Positions 14,302 through 23,781 are shown, counted from the first letter of the stretch. The stretch is DNA of 30,243 nt from an uncultured Clostridia bacterium (GCA_946187475.1 CAMHRJ010000001.1:1-30243), one strand, 5' to 3'. Translations and numbers: made by a program. The notes: a model not told the origin generated them from the letters alone.

Positions 14302-16113
14302 TTATCCCAGGGCGGACTTGGTGGCCTCGTCCTCATACTGCCGGGTGTAGAGCCGGTAGTAATAGCCGCGCTTGGCCATGAGCTCCTCGTGCCGGCCCTG
14401 CTCTACGATCTTGCCGTGGTGCACGGTGAGGATTACGTCCGCGTGCTGGACGGTGCTCAGCCGGTGGGCGATGACGATGCTGGTGCGGCCGCGGATGATC
14501 GTGTCGATGGCGGACTGGATTTTCTGCTCGGTGATGGTATCCACCGAGGCGGTGGCCTCGTCCAGCACCAGGATGCGCGGGTCGGCGAGGATGGCCCGGG
14601 CGAAGCTGATCAGCTGCTTTTCCCCGGTGGAGAGCAGGTCGCCGCCCTCCCCCACGTCGGTGTCCAGCCCATGCTCCAGCCGGTCGGCCACCTCCGTGGC
14701 GCTCACCAGCTCCAGAGCCCGGCGGATGTCCGCTTCCGATGCCTCGGGATTGCCGTAGAGCAGGTTCTCCCGCAGGGTGCCGGAGAAGAGATGGGGCGTC
14801 TGCAGCACATAGCCGATGGCGCTGTGGAGCCAGAGCTGGCTGCGCTCCCGGGCGTCGCGTCCGTCGATGAGCACCTGTCCCTCCGTGGGCTCATAGAACC
14901 GGCAGATCAGGTTGGCCAGAGTGGATTTTCCGGCGCCGGTCTCGCCCACGATGGCCACATTGGTGCCGAAGGGGATCTCCAGCGAGAAGTGCTCCAGCAC
15001 GGTCTCCTCCCCATCGGGATAGCGGAAGGTCACGTCCCGGAAGGAGATGTCGCCCCGAATCGGCTCCCAGTTTTCCCGTCTGGGCGTGAAGCAGTCGCCG
15101 TAGGCCTCCACCACCGCGGGGGAATCCTTCACGTCCGGCTCGGTCTCCAGCAGCTTCGTCAGCCGCTCGATGTTCACCTGGGTGGTGATCAGGTCGGAGA
15201 TGGCGTCCACCACCCAGCGAATGGGCTCCATGAGTCCCTGGGCATAGCTCATGAACATGGAGAAGGTGCCGATCTGGGTCTTGGCGATGTAGCCGCCCTT
15301 CCAGAGCACCACGGCCAGGGCCAGAGAGGAGGCGAAGTTCATGGTCACGGCGAAGAGGCCACGCAGTCTGGCGGCGCCGATGGCCCGCCGGCGAATGCGG
15401 GACGTGTCCGCGACGAAAGCGCGCTCCATGGTGTCCTCCACCACCAGGGTCTTGATGGTCCGGGCGCCGGTGATGCCCTCGTTGAAGTTGCCGGTGATCT
15501 GGGAGTTGATCTCGCGAATTTCCCGGTTGGCCCGGGTCAGTCCCCGCTGGAACAGGGAGAAGAGCAGCACCGTCAGGGGCAGTACCGCCATGACCAGCAG
15601 CGCCAGGCGGGCGTTGATCACCAGCATGACCACCACCGCGCCGACCACATAGCCCAGCTGCCAGAGGCTGTCCAGCAGCGTCCAGCTCACCAGGGCGCCG
15701 ATCTTCTGGGTGTCCGACATGACCCGGGCGTGGAGATAGCCCACGCTGTTCTGGTTGAAGTAGGAAAAAGACAGAGTCTGCAGGTGGTTGAAGGCGGCGT
15801 TGCGCAGGTCCTTGTCCACGCCCACCTCGATCTCCATGCTGAAGATGCAGGCAACGTAGTTCACCAGGGCGCCGCCGCAGATCAGCGCGAGGTAGAGGAT
15901 GACAAACAGGACAATGGTATCCAGGGTGCCGCCGCCGATGAAGTGGTTCAGGGCATAGCGCTGGAACAGCGGCACGCCGATGTCCACCAGCGAGCCCACG
16001 ACGCAGCCCAGGATCATGCCGAAGACGGCTTTTTTGTAGTGTTTCAGATAGGGCAGCAGCTTCCCGATGCCGAAAAACGGGAGGCGCACGGTGTCGGTGG
16101 TGTGCCGGTTCAT
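14302..16113 (-). CDS. ABC exporter, fused TMD-NBD half transporter, subunit 2
   Basis: Walker A GETGAGKST, degenerate signature LSTGEKQ, consensus Walker B ILVLDEAT and IAHR. Overlaps the stop of the partner gene. Confidence 0.93.
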   Translation of the reverse strand: MNRHTTDTVRLPFFGIGKLLPYLKHYKKAVFGMILGCVVGSLVDIGVPLFQRYALNHFIGGGTLDTIVLFVILYLALICGGALVNYVACIFSMEIEVGVDKDLRNAAFNHLQTLSFSYFNQNSVGYLHARVMSDTQKIGALVSWTLLDSLWQLGYVVGAVVVMLVINARLALLVMAVLPLTVLLFSLFQRGLTRANREIREINSQITGNFNEGITGARTIKTLVVEDTMERAFVADTSRIRRRAIGAARLRGLFAVTMNFASSLALAVVLWKGGYIAKTQIGTFSMFMSYAQGLMEPIRWVVDAISDLITTQVNIERLTKLLETEPDVKDSPAVVEAYGDCFTPRRENWEPIRGDISFRDVTFRYPDGEETVLEHFSLEIPFGTNVAIVGETGAGKSTLANLICRFYEPTEGQVLIDGRDARERSQLWLHSAIGYVLQTPHLFSGTLRENLLYGNPEASEADIRRALELVSATEVADRLEHGLDTDVGEGGDLLSTGEKQLISFARAILADPRILVLDEATASVDTITEQKIQSAIDTIIRGRTSIVIAHRLSTVQHADVILTVHHGKIVEQGRHEELMAKRGYYYRLYTRQYEDEATKSALG

Positions 16114-17942
16114 GCGCCCACCTCCCCCACAGAGCTGCTTTGAATCTCGCAGATCTTCTGGTAGACGCCGCCGGCCTTGGAGAGGGTCTCGTGGTTGCCG
16201 CGCTCGTTGATCTCGCCCCGGTCCAGCACCAGGATCTGGTCGGCCTTGGAGAGGGTGGTGATGCGGTGGGAGATCAGCAGAATGGTGGCGCTGCCAAAGC
16301 GGCGCTCCAGCTCCGCGCGGATTTTGGCGTCGGTCTCCGTGTCAACGGCGGAGAGAGAATCGTCAAAAATCAGGATGGGCGTGTGCTCCGTCAGCGCCCG
16401 GGCGATGGCCGCGCGCTGCTTCTGTCCGCCGGAGAGGGTCACGCCCCGCTCGCCCACGAAGGTGTCATATCCCTTTGCAAAGCCCATGACCGTCTCGTCC
16501 AGACAGGCGGCCCGCGCCGCCTCCCGCACGGCTTCCAGCGTCATGGCTTCGTCCGTGATGGCGATGTTTTCCCGGATGGTCCGGCTGAAGAGATAGGGCT
16601 CCTGCAGCACCATGCCGATGTTCCGGCGCAGGTGGCCGGTCTCGATGTCCTTCAAGTCCACACCGCCGATGGTGATGCGCCCGCAGCCCTCCGGGAGGTC
16701 GTAGAGCTTGTCCAGCAGGAGCATAAGGGTACTTTTGCCGCTGCCCGTGCCGCCGAGGATGCCCAGGGTAGTGCCCGCCGACACCGTGAAGCTCACGTGC
16801 TTCAGCACCTCACGGCGCCCTTCGGCATAGCGGAAGGAGACGTTTTCAAAGACGATGTCCTGATCCATCGCCGGCCGGAGGCTGCGCCCGGTCTCCCGCT
16901 CCTCCTCTGCCTCCATGATGTAGGCGATGCGGTCCATGCTCACGCCGGCCTTGCTCATCTCGGCGATCATGCGGCCCAGCATGCGCACGGGCCAGGTCAT
17001 GATGGCGCCGTAGGAGAGAAAGGCGATGTATTCGCCGGCGGTCATCTCGCCCCGGAGGCAGAGCACCGACCCGAAAACCACGATCAGCATGATCTGCAGC
17101 CCGGAGAGTACGTCGCTGAGGCTCCAGAACTGGGCCAGCGGGCGGGCCAGCTTCATCCAGAGTCCGGTATAGTATTCATTCTGCGCCTCGAAGCGCTCCC
17201 GCTCCCGCCGCTCCTGGCCGAAGGAGCGCACCACCCGCACACCGGTGAGATTTTCCTGGGCGATGTCCGAGAGCTTCCCCTCGTTTTCGTCACAGTCCAG
17301 AAAGGCCTTGCCGATCTTCCCGTGGAAGTGCACCGACCGGAGGATGATATAGGGTACCGGCAGCATGGCGATGATCGTGAGCTTCCAGTTCATGCTGAGC
17401 ATGAACCCAAGACTCAGCGCCAGCAGCACCACGATGCGGAAAATGCTGGTCATCTGCTCGGACACGAAGCTTTTGAGGGTTTCGATGTCGCTGGTGCAGC
17501 GCTGGATGATGTCCCCGGTGCGGTGCTGGCTGTGCCAGGCGTAGGGCAGGCGCTCGATGTGGCGGAAAAGCTCGTCCCGCATGGTTTTCGTGAGGGTCTC
17601 GGCGCCCCGGGTGTTGCACACGCGGAAGCTGTATTGGGCAGCCACCTTCACGGCGGCCACCACGAGGATTGCTGCCGCCATGATCCAGATGTGCTCGCCC
17701 AGATAGGCCCAGCCTCCGGCCCGCTGGGCCAGCGCCATGGCGAAGGCCGGGAGATCGGCCGCCTTCCCGCCCAGGGCGTTGTCCACCGCAGCCCGGACGA
17801 TCTGGGGACTCACCATGTCCGCCAGAGCGGTCACGGCGGCGGAGACCATGCTGATCAGGAACCAGCCCTTGCTCCCCCGGAGAAACCGCCAGAGCAGGGC
17901 CCGTTCCCGGGCTTTTTCGGTTGTCGTCTTTTTGGGATTCAT
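16110..17942 (-). CDS. ABC exporter, fused TMD-NBD half transporter, subunit 1
   Basis: Walker A GGTGSGKST, consensus signature LSGGQKQR, degenerate Walker B ILIFDDSL and ISHR. N-terminal TMD with GDIIQRCTSDI. Confidence 0.93.
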   Translation of the reverse strand: MNPKKTTTEKARERALLWRFLRGSKGWFLISMVSAAVTALADMVSPQIVRAAVDNALGGKAADLPAFAMALAQRAGGWAYLGEHIWIMAAAILVVAAVKVAAQYSFRVCNTRGAETLTKTMRDELFRHIERLPYAWHSQHRTGDIIQRCTSDIETLKSFVSEQMTSIFRIVVLLALSLGFMLSMNWKLTIIAMLPVPYIILRSVHFHGKIGKAFLDCDENEGKLSDIAQENLTGVRVVRSFGQERRERERFEAQNEYYTGLWMKLARPLAQFWSLSDVLSGLQIMLIVVFGSVLCLRGEMTAGEYIAFLSYGAIMTWPVRMLGRMIAEMSKAGVSMDRIAYIMEAEEERETGRSLRPAMDQDIVFENVSFRYAEGRREVLKHVSFTVSAGTTLGILGGTGSGKSTLMLLLDKLYDLPEGCGRITIGGVDLKDIETGHLRRNIGMVLQEPYLFSRTIRENIAITDEAMTLEAVREAARAACLDETVMGFAKGYDTFVGERGVTLSGGQKQRAAIARALTEHTPILIFDDSLSAVDTETDAKIRAELERRFGSATILLISHRITTLSKADQILVLDRGEINERGNHETLSKAGGVYQKICEIQSSSVGEVGA

Positions 17943-17982
17943 TGGTAAATCCGTGTCCTCTCACATGGGTTTCGTGCTCTTA

Positions 17983-18011
17983 AGTCTATCAGAAAGCCTC
18001 TGAAAACACAA
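17983..18011 (-). promoter_or_regulatory. Possible promoter of the ABC operon with a short inverted repeat in the spacer
   Basis: TTGTGT, 17-nt spacer, TGn-TAGACT. The spacer holds TCAGA-N5-TCTGA (17989-18003). Confidence 0.35.
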
Positions 18012-18054
18012 GCCTGTGCAGCCGACGGAGCATTGGCAGCTTCCGCCGCGCAAC

Positions 18055-18095
18055 AAGAGCGGATTTCCCGCAGTTATTGCGAGAAATCCGCTCTT
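18055..18095. terminator. Terminator hairpin downstream of the PucR-type gene
   Basis: 18-bp stem AAGAGCGGATTTCcCGCA-gttat-TGCGaGAAATCCGCTCTT. The single mismatch becomes a G-U pair on the minus-strand RNA. Confidence 0.8.
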
Positions 18096-18147
18096 TTGTT
18101 CTATCCTGAAAAGGAAGCGTGAAAAGACAATACCAGATCGTTCTGGT

Positions 18148-19401
18148 TCAGCCGGGGGAGGACGTTTCCTTCCGGTGCTCGATGATCCGGCAGCCGATAT
18201 ACAGCCGTTCAAACGTGTCCTGATCCGTCAGCTCCACACCCATGATCTCCTGGCAGCGCTTGATGCGATACATGGCGGAGTTGCGGTGGATGAAGAGCTT
18301 CGCCGCAGTCTTGGACATGTCGCAGAGGGAAAACAGATAGCAGCACAGGGACTCGTAGAAATTCGTGGAATTCTGCCGGTCAGACTCCAGCAGGGTTTTC
18401 AGCTCCGGGCAGATCAGGTTTTCCGGCAGCAGGTTTCGCGTACCGTTGGCGGCGAGGATCTCGGAATAGAACTGGGAAAACAGGTACCAGCTGCCGCCGC
18501 TCGCGTCCAGAAGACCGTACTGCATGCTGAGCTTCGCCTGCTCCACATAGAGGCTGCGTTTTTCCAGGTCGTCAAACACGTTGCTGACGCCGCAGACGCA
18601 CTCCACCTTGCCGGCGGCCTCCTCCCGGATGGTCTCCAGGATCACCCGGACGGCCTCCCTGCTCTGGATGCTGCGGAAGAACAGCAGGATGGAGTCCTCC
18701 TGATTGGAGTAGATCATGCGGGGATAGTGGGACTTGATGCTGCTGCGCAGATTCTGCAGCTTGCCGCTGACGGGATTGCGCAGGGAAACGGCTATGATCA
18801 CGTACTTGGGGATGATGTTTTCTTCCCGGAAGAACGTGGTGTTTTTTAATAAGGAGAGGGGTGACTCCGTGTCCTCCAGCAGGATCTTGGCCACGTAGGC
18901 CCGCTCCGGCGCGCTGTACTCCTGGCCCTTCTTCCCGGCCAGAAAGATCTCCGCCGCCGTGCGCAGCGCCGCGTTCAGCTCCAGGGCCAGGGCCTCGTTT
19001 TCCGGCGTGGTATAGAGCACCGACGTGATGGCGTCGGGCTTTCCGTCCAGCAGGACGCCGCAGGTGGTTTGGGGAGAATCCTTGGAGATGCCCCAGTCCA
19101 CTTTGAAAGGCTCCGTCTGATCCGAGAGCCGGTCCATATAGCCGTCCTTGTAATATCCGTCGATAACCACCTCCGGCGCGGCGGTCCCGGTCTCAATGAT
19201 GGCCTGCCAGTAGGGGTCCGGACAGGGATCCGGCCCGCCGTAGGCCAGCAGATGATAGGAGATGTCCGTGAGAATCACGGGCAGCCCAAAACTTTCATAC
19301 ACATTTGCATACAGCTGCCGCACATCGTTGCAGCGGGGAAGGGCCTCCAGCACCGTGCGGTAAACATTGGCGGTTTTCGCGGTGATTTCCGGTTCCTTCA
19401 C
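18148..19401 (-). CDS. PucR/CdaR-family transcriptional regulator
   Basis: C-terminal HTH LCCYLFSLCDMSKTAAKLFIHRNSAMYRIKR, a GGDEF-like middle region (CGVSNVFDDL) and a GAF-like N-terminus. Start moved to GTG 19401, 10 nt after AAGGAGG. Confidence 0.9.
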   Translation of the reverse strand: MKEPEITAKTANVYRTVLEALPRCNDVRQLYANVYESFGLPVILTDISYHLLAYGGPDPCPDPYWQAIIETGTAAPEVVIDGYYKDGYMDRLSDQTEPFKVDWGISKDSPQTTCGVLLDGKPDAITSVLYTTPENEALALELNAALRTAAEIFLAGKKGQEYSAPERAYVAKILLEDTESPLSLLKNTTFFREENIIPKYVIIAVSLRNPVSGKLQNLRSSIKSHYPRMIYSNQEDSILLFFRSIQSREAVRVILETIREEAAGKVECVCGVSNVFDDLEKRSLYVEQAKLSMQYGLLDASGGSWYLFSQFYSEILAANGTRNLLPENLICPELKTLLESDRQNSTNFYESLCCYLFSLCDMSKTAAKLFIHRNSAMYRIKRCQEIMGVELTDQDTFERLYIGCRIIEHRKETSSPG

Positions 19402-19454
19402 GGTTCGATCGCCTCCTTGGGGTCGCGCATTTTCCTCCTTTTTCCTACCGCTTA

Positions 19455-19483
19455 AAATTAACACAAGATTTTTCCAATTTCAA
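19455..19483 (-). promoter_or_regulatory. Putative promoter of the PucR-type gene
   Basis: TTGAAA (19483-19478), 17-nt spacer, TGn-TAATTT (19460-19455). Confidence 0.5.
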
Positions 19484-19624
19484 GGGTTTTTCGACGGTTT
19501 TTTTCCGAATCGGCAAATTCGAGGCCCTGAGCGCCTTAGCCGCCTCCTTGTTTATAAATATACCATGTCTCCTATAATTCTTTCGCTAATTAACGCATTT
19601 ATCTTATTATGTCCGTTATTTTTG

Positions 19625-19665
19625 GGCAAACGACAAAAAAGATTTGTTGATTTTTTGGCAAACGA
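19625..19665. promoter_or_regulatory. Direct repeat, candidate regulator binding sites
   Basis: GGCAAACGA at 19625-19633 and 19657-19665, 32 bp apart, both preceded by T runs, in the AT-rich divergent promoter region. Confidence 0.4.
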
Positions 19666-19787
19666 ACATAGCCCAACGTTCTTTTTGCGAATAAAATAAC
19701 AATTGCAAAGGTTACGGTCGGTCTCTGACGAGAGGTTGGCCTCGGAAACAAAACAGCACTCGGATGCATCCCGTTTCTTCGCACGCC

Positions 19788-19825
19788 CCATTCCAATCCA
19801 TTCAATCCATCCAATCCATCTAAAT
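19788..19825 (+). repeat. Four imperfect tandem 9-10-nt repeats just before the MFS RBS
   Basis: CCATTCCAAT / CCATTCAAT / CCATCCAAT / CCATCTAAAT. Confidence 0.8.
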
Positions 19826-19844
19826 GACGAGAGGAGAAAACATC

Positions 19845-21134
19845 ATGCAAAAAAGTGCTCTTGTAAAAAGCTCAAAATATGCATGGATGATCTGCGCGAT
19901 GCTGGTATTGATGCAGTTCATCTACGCAGGCATCACCCTCAGCACGGTCACGCTCTACATGGAGCCGATCCTGGCTGAGCACCCCGGTCTGGCCCGCACG
20001 GCCTACGCACTCACCATCACCATCAACGGCGGCGCAAACGCCATCATGAGCTTCTTCTACGGCAACCTGGTTCAGAAGTTCGGTCTGAAAAAGATGGTCG
20101 CCTTCTGCGCCATCATCATGGTCGCGGGCGTTCTGCTCTACGCAAACGGCACGGCCATGTGGATGTTCTACCTGGGCGCTGCTCTGGAAGGCATCAGCCT
20201 CTGCTTCTGCTCCGGCGCCACCTGCTCGGTCATCTTCTCCCAGTGGTTCAGCAAGAACACCGGCACGCTGCTGTCCCTGACGGCTGTGGGCTCCGGTCTC
20301 GCCGGCGTCATCTTCAGCCCCATCGTGCAGAACTGGATCAACACCATCGGCTGGCAGGGCTCGCTGTACATCAACCTGGCCATGGTCGTCGTCACCGCCG
20401 TCCTGCTCATCATCTTCCTGAAGGAATCCCCCGAGCCCTACGGCGTGAAGCCCATGTGGAACGACCAGGTCAAGATCGCAACAGACGAGGGCAAGATCGT
20501 CCCCTACGGCGTCACCTCCAAGGAGGCTTACAAAACGCCGCAGCTCTGGATCGCCACCTTCGGCGTCGGTCTGCTGGCCCTGATCATCTACGGTTCCATC
20601 ACGAACCTGGCCATCTACTCCTCCGACCTTGGCTACAACCCGGGCACCATGCTCTCCATCATGTATCTGGGCAACATCATCCTGCAGCTGCCCTTCGGCA
20701 TGTTGGCTGATAAGCTGGGCATCCGTCCCTGCATGCTGATTTACGGCATCATGGCTGTAGCCGCCGCCTTCATCTACTCGCTGGCTCCGGCGCAGGGCGT
20801 GTTCATCCTGGGCACGGTTCTGCTGGGCGGCGCCTTCTCCATCCTGAAGGCCACCCTCCCGGTGCTGACCCTGCAGGTCTTCGGCAGCCGCGATCAGGCC
20901 AAGATCATGAGCCCCATGATCGCCGTCATGAACATCGGCGTCGCCTTCGGTACCCCGGTGCTCTCCGCTGCCTATGACATCACCGGCACCTACTCCAAGA
21001 TGTTCGTCCTCTTCGCAGTGGTGGCCGCGGTGCTGACCCTGATGCTGTTCTTCGGTCTGAAGCCCCTGCAGAAGGTCGTCAACCAGAAGAAGGCCGTCGA
21101 GGCCGGCGCCGACAACGTCGACGACATCCAGTGA
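19845..21134 (+). CDS. MFS transporter (OFA/MCT-like)
   Basis: About 12 hydrophobic helices, GNLVQKFGLKK and GMLADKLGIRP loop motifs, QWFSKNTGTLLS. ATG 19845 follows a GAGGAG RBS. Confidence 0.9.
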   Translation: MQKSALVKSSKYAWMICAMLVLMQFIYAGITLSTVTLYMEPILAEHPGLARTAYALTITINGGANAIMSFFYGNLVQKFGLKKMVAFCAIIMVAGVLLYANGTAMWMFYLGAALEGISLCFCSGATCSVIFSQWFSKNTGTLLSLTAVGSGLAGVIFSPIVQNWINTIGWQGSLYINLAMVVVTAVLLIIFLKESPEPYGVKPMWNDQVKIATDEGKIVPYGVTSKEAYKTPQLWIATFGVGLLALIIYGSITNLAIYSSDLGYNPGTMLSIMYLGNIILQLPFGMLADKLGIRPCMLIYGIMAVAAAFIYSLAPAQGVFILGTVLLGGAFSILKATLPVLTLQVFGSRDQAKIMSPMIAVMNIGVAFGTPVLSAAYDITGTYSKMFVLFAVVAAVLTLMLFFGLKPLQKVVNQKKAVEAGADNVDDIQ

Positions 21135-21192
21135 TCTGATCTCTCCGCACGCTGCATACAGAAATTCTCACTCCCCCTTCCCTTTTTCCTCC

Positions 21193-21235
21193 CCTTCACG
21201 CGCATTCGGCCGAAATCCCCGGATGCGTGTGAAGG
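21193..21235 (+). other. Long intergenic RNA stem-loop without a U tract
   Basis: 17-bp stem CCTTCACGCGCATTCGG / CCGGATGCGTGTGAAGG with two G-U pairs on the + strand and a 9-nt loop. Confidence 0.65.
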
Positions 21236-21283
21236 AACCCCCCGAAGGCTGAACGTATTTTGATATAAAGGAGCTTGATTTAC

Positions 21284-23236
21284 ATGGAAAAACGCGATTA
21301 CAGTCCGCTGTTTACCCCCTTTAAGATCGGCAGCATGGAGGTCAAGAACCGCATCGTTCTCTCCCCCATGGGCCATAACGCCTCCCTGCCCTACGGCGCC
21401 AAGGCCGAATCCGAGATCGCCTACTACGAAGAGCGCGCCCGCGGCGGCGTGGGTCTGATCATGACCGGCTGCACCAACATCGACAAGGTCACCGCCCAGG
21501 GCTCCCACGAGGGTCTGCTGGACACCGACCTGGGCATTCCCTCCTTCACCTCTCTGTGTGAGCGCGTCCACCGCTGGGGCGCCAAGATCGGCCTGCAGGT
21601 CACTCCGGGCACCGGCCGCAACGGTTTCCCCAATGAGTTCGGCGATCCTCCGATCTCCGCCTCCGCCATCCCCAGCTTCTTCAATCCCGACGTGATCTGC
21701 CGCGCGCTGACCGTGGAGGAGATCCACGACATCGTGGAGCTCTTCGGACCCGCTGCTCTGGTGGCCCGGGATGCAGGCTTCGACTGCATCGAGGTCCACG
21801 CCCACGCCGGCTACCTCATCGACCAGTTCATGTCCACCTGCTTCAACCACCGCACCGACGAGTACGGCGGCAGCGCCGAGAACCGCACCCGCTTCGCCCG
21901 GGAGATCGTGGCAAAGATCCACGAGACCGTGCCCGGCATGCCGGTCCTGTTCCGCATCGCTCTGGACCACGGCTTCGAGGGCGGCCGAACCTTCGAGGAG
22001 AGCAAGGAAATCCTTGCCTGGCTCCAGAAGGCCGGCATTGACGCCTTCGACGTGGACGCCGGCTCCTACGAGCGTCTGGACTACATCTTCCCGCCCTCCT
22101 ATCAGGGCCCGGCCTGCATGCAGTACGTCTGCGACACCGCCCGCGAGGTTCTGGACGTTCCCGTCCTGAACGGCGGTACCCACGATCCCGACACCGCGCT
22201 GGATCTGATCACCTCCGGCAAGGCGGACTTCGCCGTCATCGGCCGCGCGCTGATCGCCGATCCCGAGCTGCCCCTCAAGCTGATGGAAGGCCGCCGCGAG
22301 GACGTCCGTCCCTGCCTGCGCTGCAACGAGGACTGCATCGGCCGCATCTGGAACCGCCGCACCCGCATGGGCTGCTCCGTGAACACCCGCGTGGGCGAGG
22401 AGGAACACTTCAAGATCGAAAAGACCTGCTGCCCGAAGAACGTGGTCGTCATCGGCGCCGGCCCCGCAGGCTGCGAGGCTGCCCGCGTGGCCGCTCTGGA
22501 AGGCCACAAGGTCACCCTGTTTGAGAAGGAAGGCCGCATCGGCGGCACCGCCCGCACCATCGCCACCTCCTCCTTCAAAAACTACATCCGCGCCCTGTTC
22601 GACTGGTACGAAGTGCAGCTGGACAAGCTGGGCATCGACCTGCGTCTGAACACCGAGATTTCCGCCGACGATCCGATCCTGGCCGAGGCCGACCACATCT
22701 TCGTCACCGGCGGCACCGAGCCTGTGGTTCCCCCGATTCCGGGTCTGGACCGCGAGGACATCTACAGCATGCTGGAGATCCACAAGGATCACAGCCTGGT
22801 CAAGGGCGACAAGATCGTCGTCTGCGGCGGCGGCGAGTCCGGCTGCGACGGCGGCTACGAGCTGGCCCTGGACTACGGCAAGCAGGTCACCATCGTGGAG
22901 ATGGCCGACATCCTCGCTCAGGACGCCATGTTCATCAACCGCGACTGCATCGTGGCCAAGATGGGCAAGCTGGGTGTGCGCATGATGACCAAGACCAAGG
23001 TTCTGGAGATCAAGGACGAGGGCGTCTTGGTTCAGAAGGAAGACGGCAGCACCGAGATTCTGGAAGCCGACTGCGTCATCAACGCCCTGGGCATGCGCCC
23101 GAAGATGGACATGGTCGACGCCGTCAAGGCCAAGTATCCCGTGAAGACCGTCGCCATGGGCGACAGCGCCAAGATGGGCAAGATCGGCACGGCCGTCCGC
23201 TCCGGCTTCTTCGCCGCGATGAGCATCGACCGCTGA
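21284..23236 (+). CDS. FMN/FAD/[4Fe-4S] NADH:flavin oxidoreductase (OYE-like ene-reductase of the FadH / 2-enoate reductase / BaiCD-BaiH superfamily)
   Basis: TIM barrel KNRIVLSPM, YYEERARGGVGLI, EVHAHAGYLIDQF, RTDEYGGS..NRTRF. Fe-S motif CLRCNEDC...CSVN. Two Rossmann motifs, VIGAGPAG and VCGGGESG. Confidence 0.92.
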   Translation: MEKRDYSPLFTPFKIGSMEVKNRIVLSPMGHNASLPYGAKAESEIAYYEERARGGVGLIMTGCTNIDKVTAQGSHEGLLDTDLGIPSFTSLCERVHRWGAKIGLQVTPGTGRNGFPNEFGDPPISASAIPSFFNPDVICRALTVEEIHDIVELFGPAALVARDAGFDCIEVHAHAGYLIDQFMSTCFNHRTDEYGGSAENRTRFAREIVAKIHETVPGMPVLFRIALDHGFEGGRTFEESKEILAWLQKAGIDAFDVDAGSYERLDYIFPPSYQGPACMQYVCDTAREVLDVPVLNGGTHDPDTALDLITSGKADFAVIGRALIADPELPLKLMEGRREDVRPCLRCNEDCIGRIWNRRTRMGCSVNTRVGEEEHFKIEKTCCPKNVVVIGAGPAGCEAARVAALEGHKVTLFEKEGRIGGTARTIATSSFKNYIRALFDWYEVQLDKLGIDLRLNTEISADDPILAEADHIFVTGGTEPVVPPIPGLDREDIYSMLEIHKDHSLVKGDKIVVCGGGESGCDGGYELALDYGKQVTIVEMADILAQDAMFINRDCIVAKMGKLGVRMMTKTKVLEIKDEGVLVQKEDGSTEILEADCVINALGMRPKMDMVDAVKAKYPVKTVAMGDSAKMGKIGTAVRSGFFAAMSIDR

Positions 23237-23274
23237 GAAGCATCCGATCACCGTAAATAACAGGAGGTTTTATC

Positions 23275-23781
23275 ATGGCAGAGTTCAAGCTGAACAAATT
23301 CAAATATGAGCATATCTTCTCCTATGTGGTTGAGGTCGATCCCAACATGTTCTTCCAGAAGCTGCCCAACAAGCAGACCCGCATCACCGGCAACATCACC
23401 GGCGGCAAGGTCTGGGGCCCGAAGATCAACGGCAAGATCCTCCCCATGGGTGCCGACTGGTCGGTCCTTCATCCGCACGGCGTCGTCGACGTCGACTGCC
23501 GCGCCATGATCGAGACGGACGACGGTGCGCACATCAATATGTTCTACACCGGCCGCATCGATCTGGGCAGCGAAGAGGCCGCTGTGGACTACGCCAACGG
23601 CAAGCTCCCGCCCATCATGGGCACCCAGCCCATCCACATCCTGGACACCGACGATCCGCGCTATGAGTGGGTCAACCGCGTGAGTTGCTTCTGCATCGGC
23701 CGCGTCGACTTCACCGGCGATCCGATCTCCATCCAGTATGATGTGTACGCTTTCCGCGCTCTGCTGACGGACGAGGACTGA
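23275..23781 (+). CDS. DUF3237 (UPF0311)-like beta-barrel protein of unknown function
   Basis: ITGGKVWGPKINGKILPMGADW, DVDCRAMIETDDGAHI and DDPRYEWVNR patterns. CAGGAGG RBS. Confidence 0.8.
   Translation: MAEFKLNKFKYEHIFSYVVEVDPNMFFQKLPNKQTRITGNITGGKVWGPKINGKILPMGADWSVLHPHGVVDVDCRAMIETDDGAHINMFYTGRIDLGSEEAAVDYANGKLPPIMGTQPIHILDTDDPRYEWVNRVSCFCIGRVDFTGDPISIQYDVYAFRALLTDED

Noticed and set aside
19552-19566. Minus-strand mini-ORF MVYL with AGGAG upstream, followed by an orphan AAGGAGG
   Set aside because: The SD spacing is too short and there is no downstream start. It lies upstream of the predicted regulator promoter, so it is probably chance or a relic.
19788-19825. Tandem repeat as a CRISPR array or iteron set
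   Set aside because: Units are 9-10 nt, directly adjacent and without spacers, and there are no cas or rep genes.
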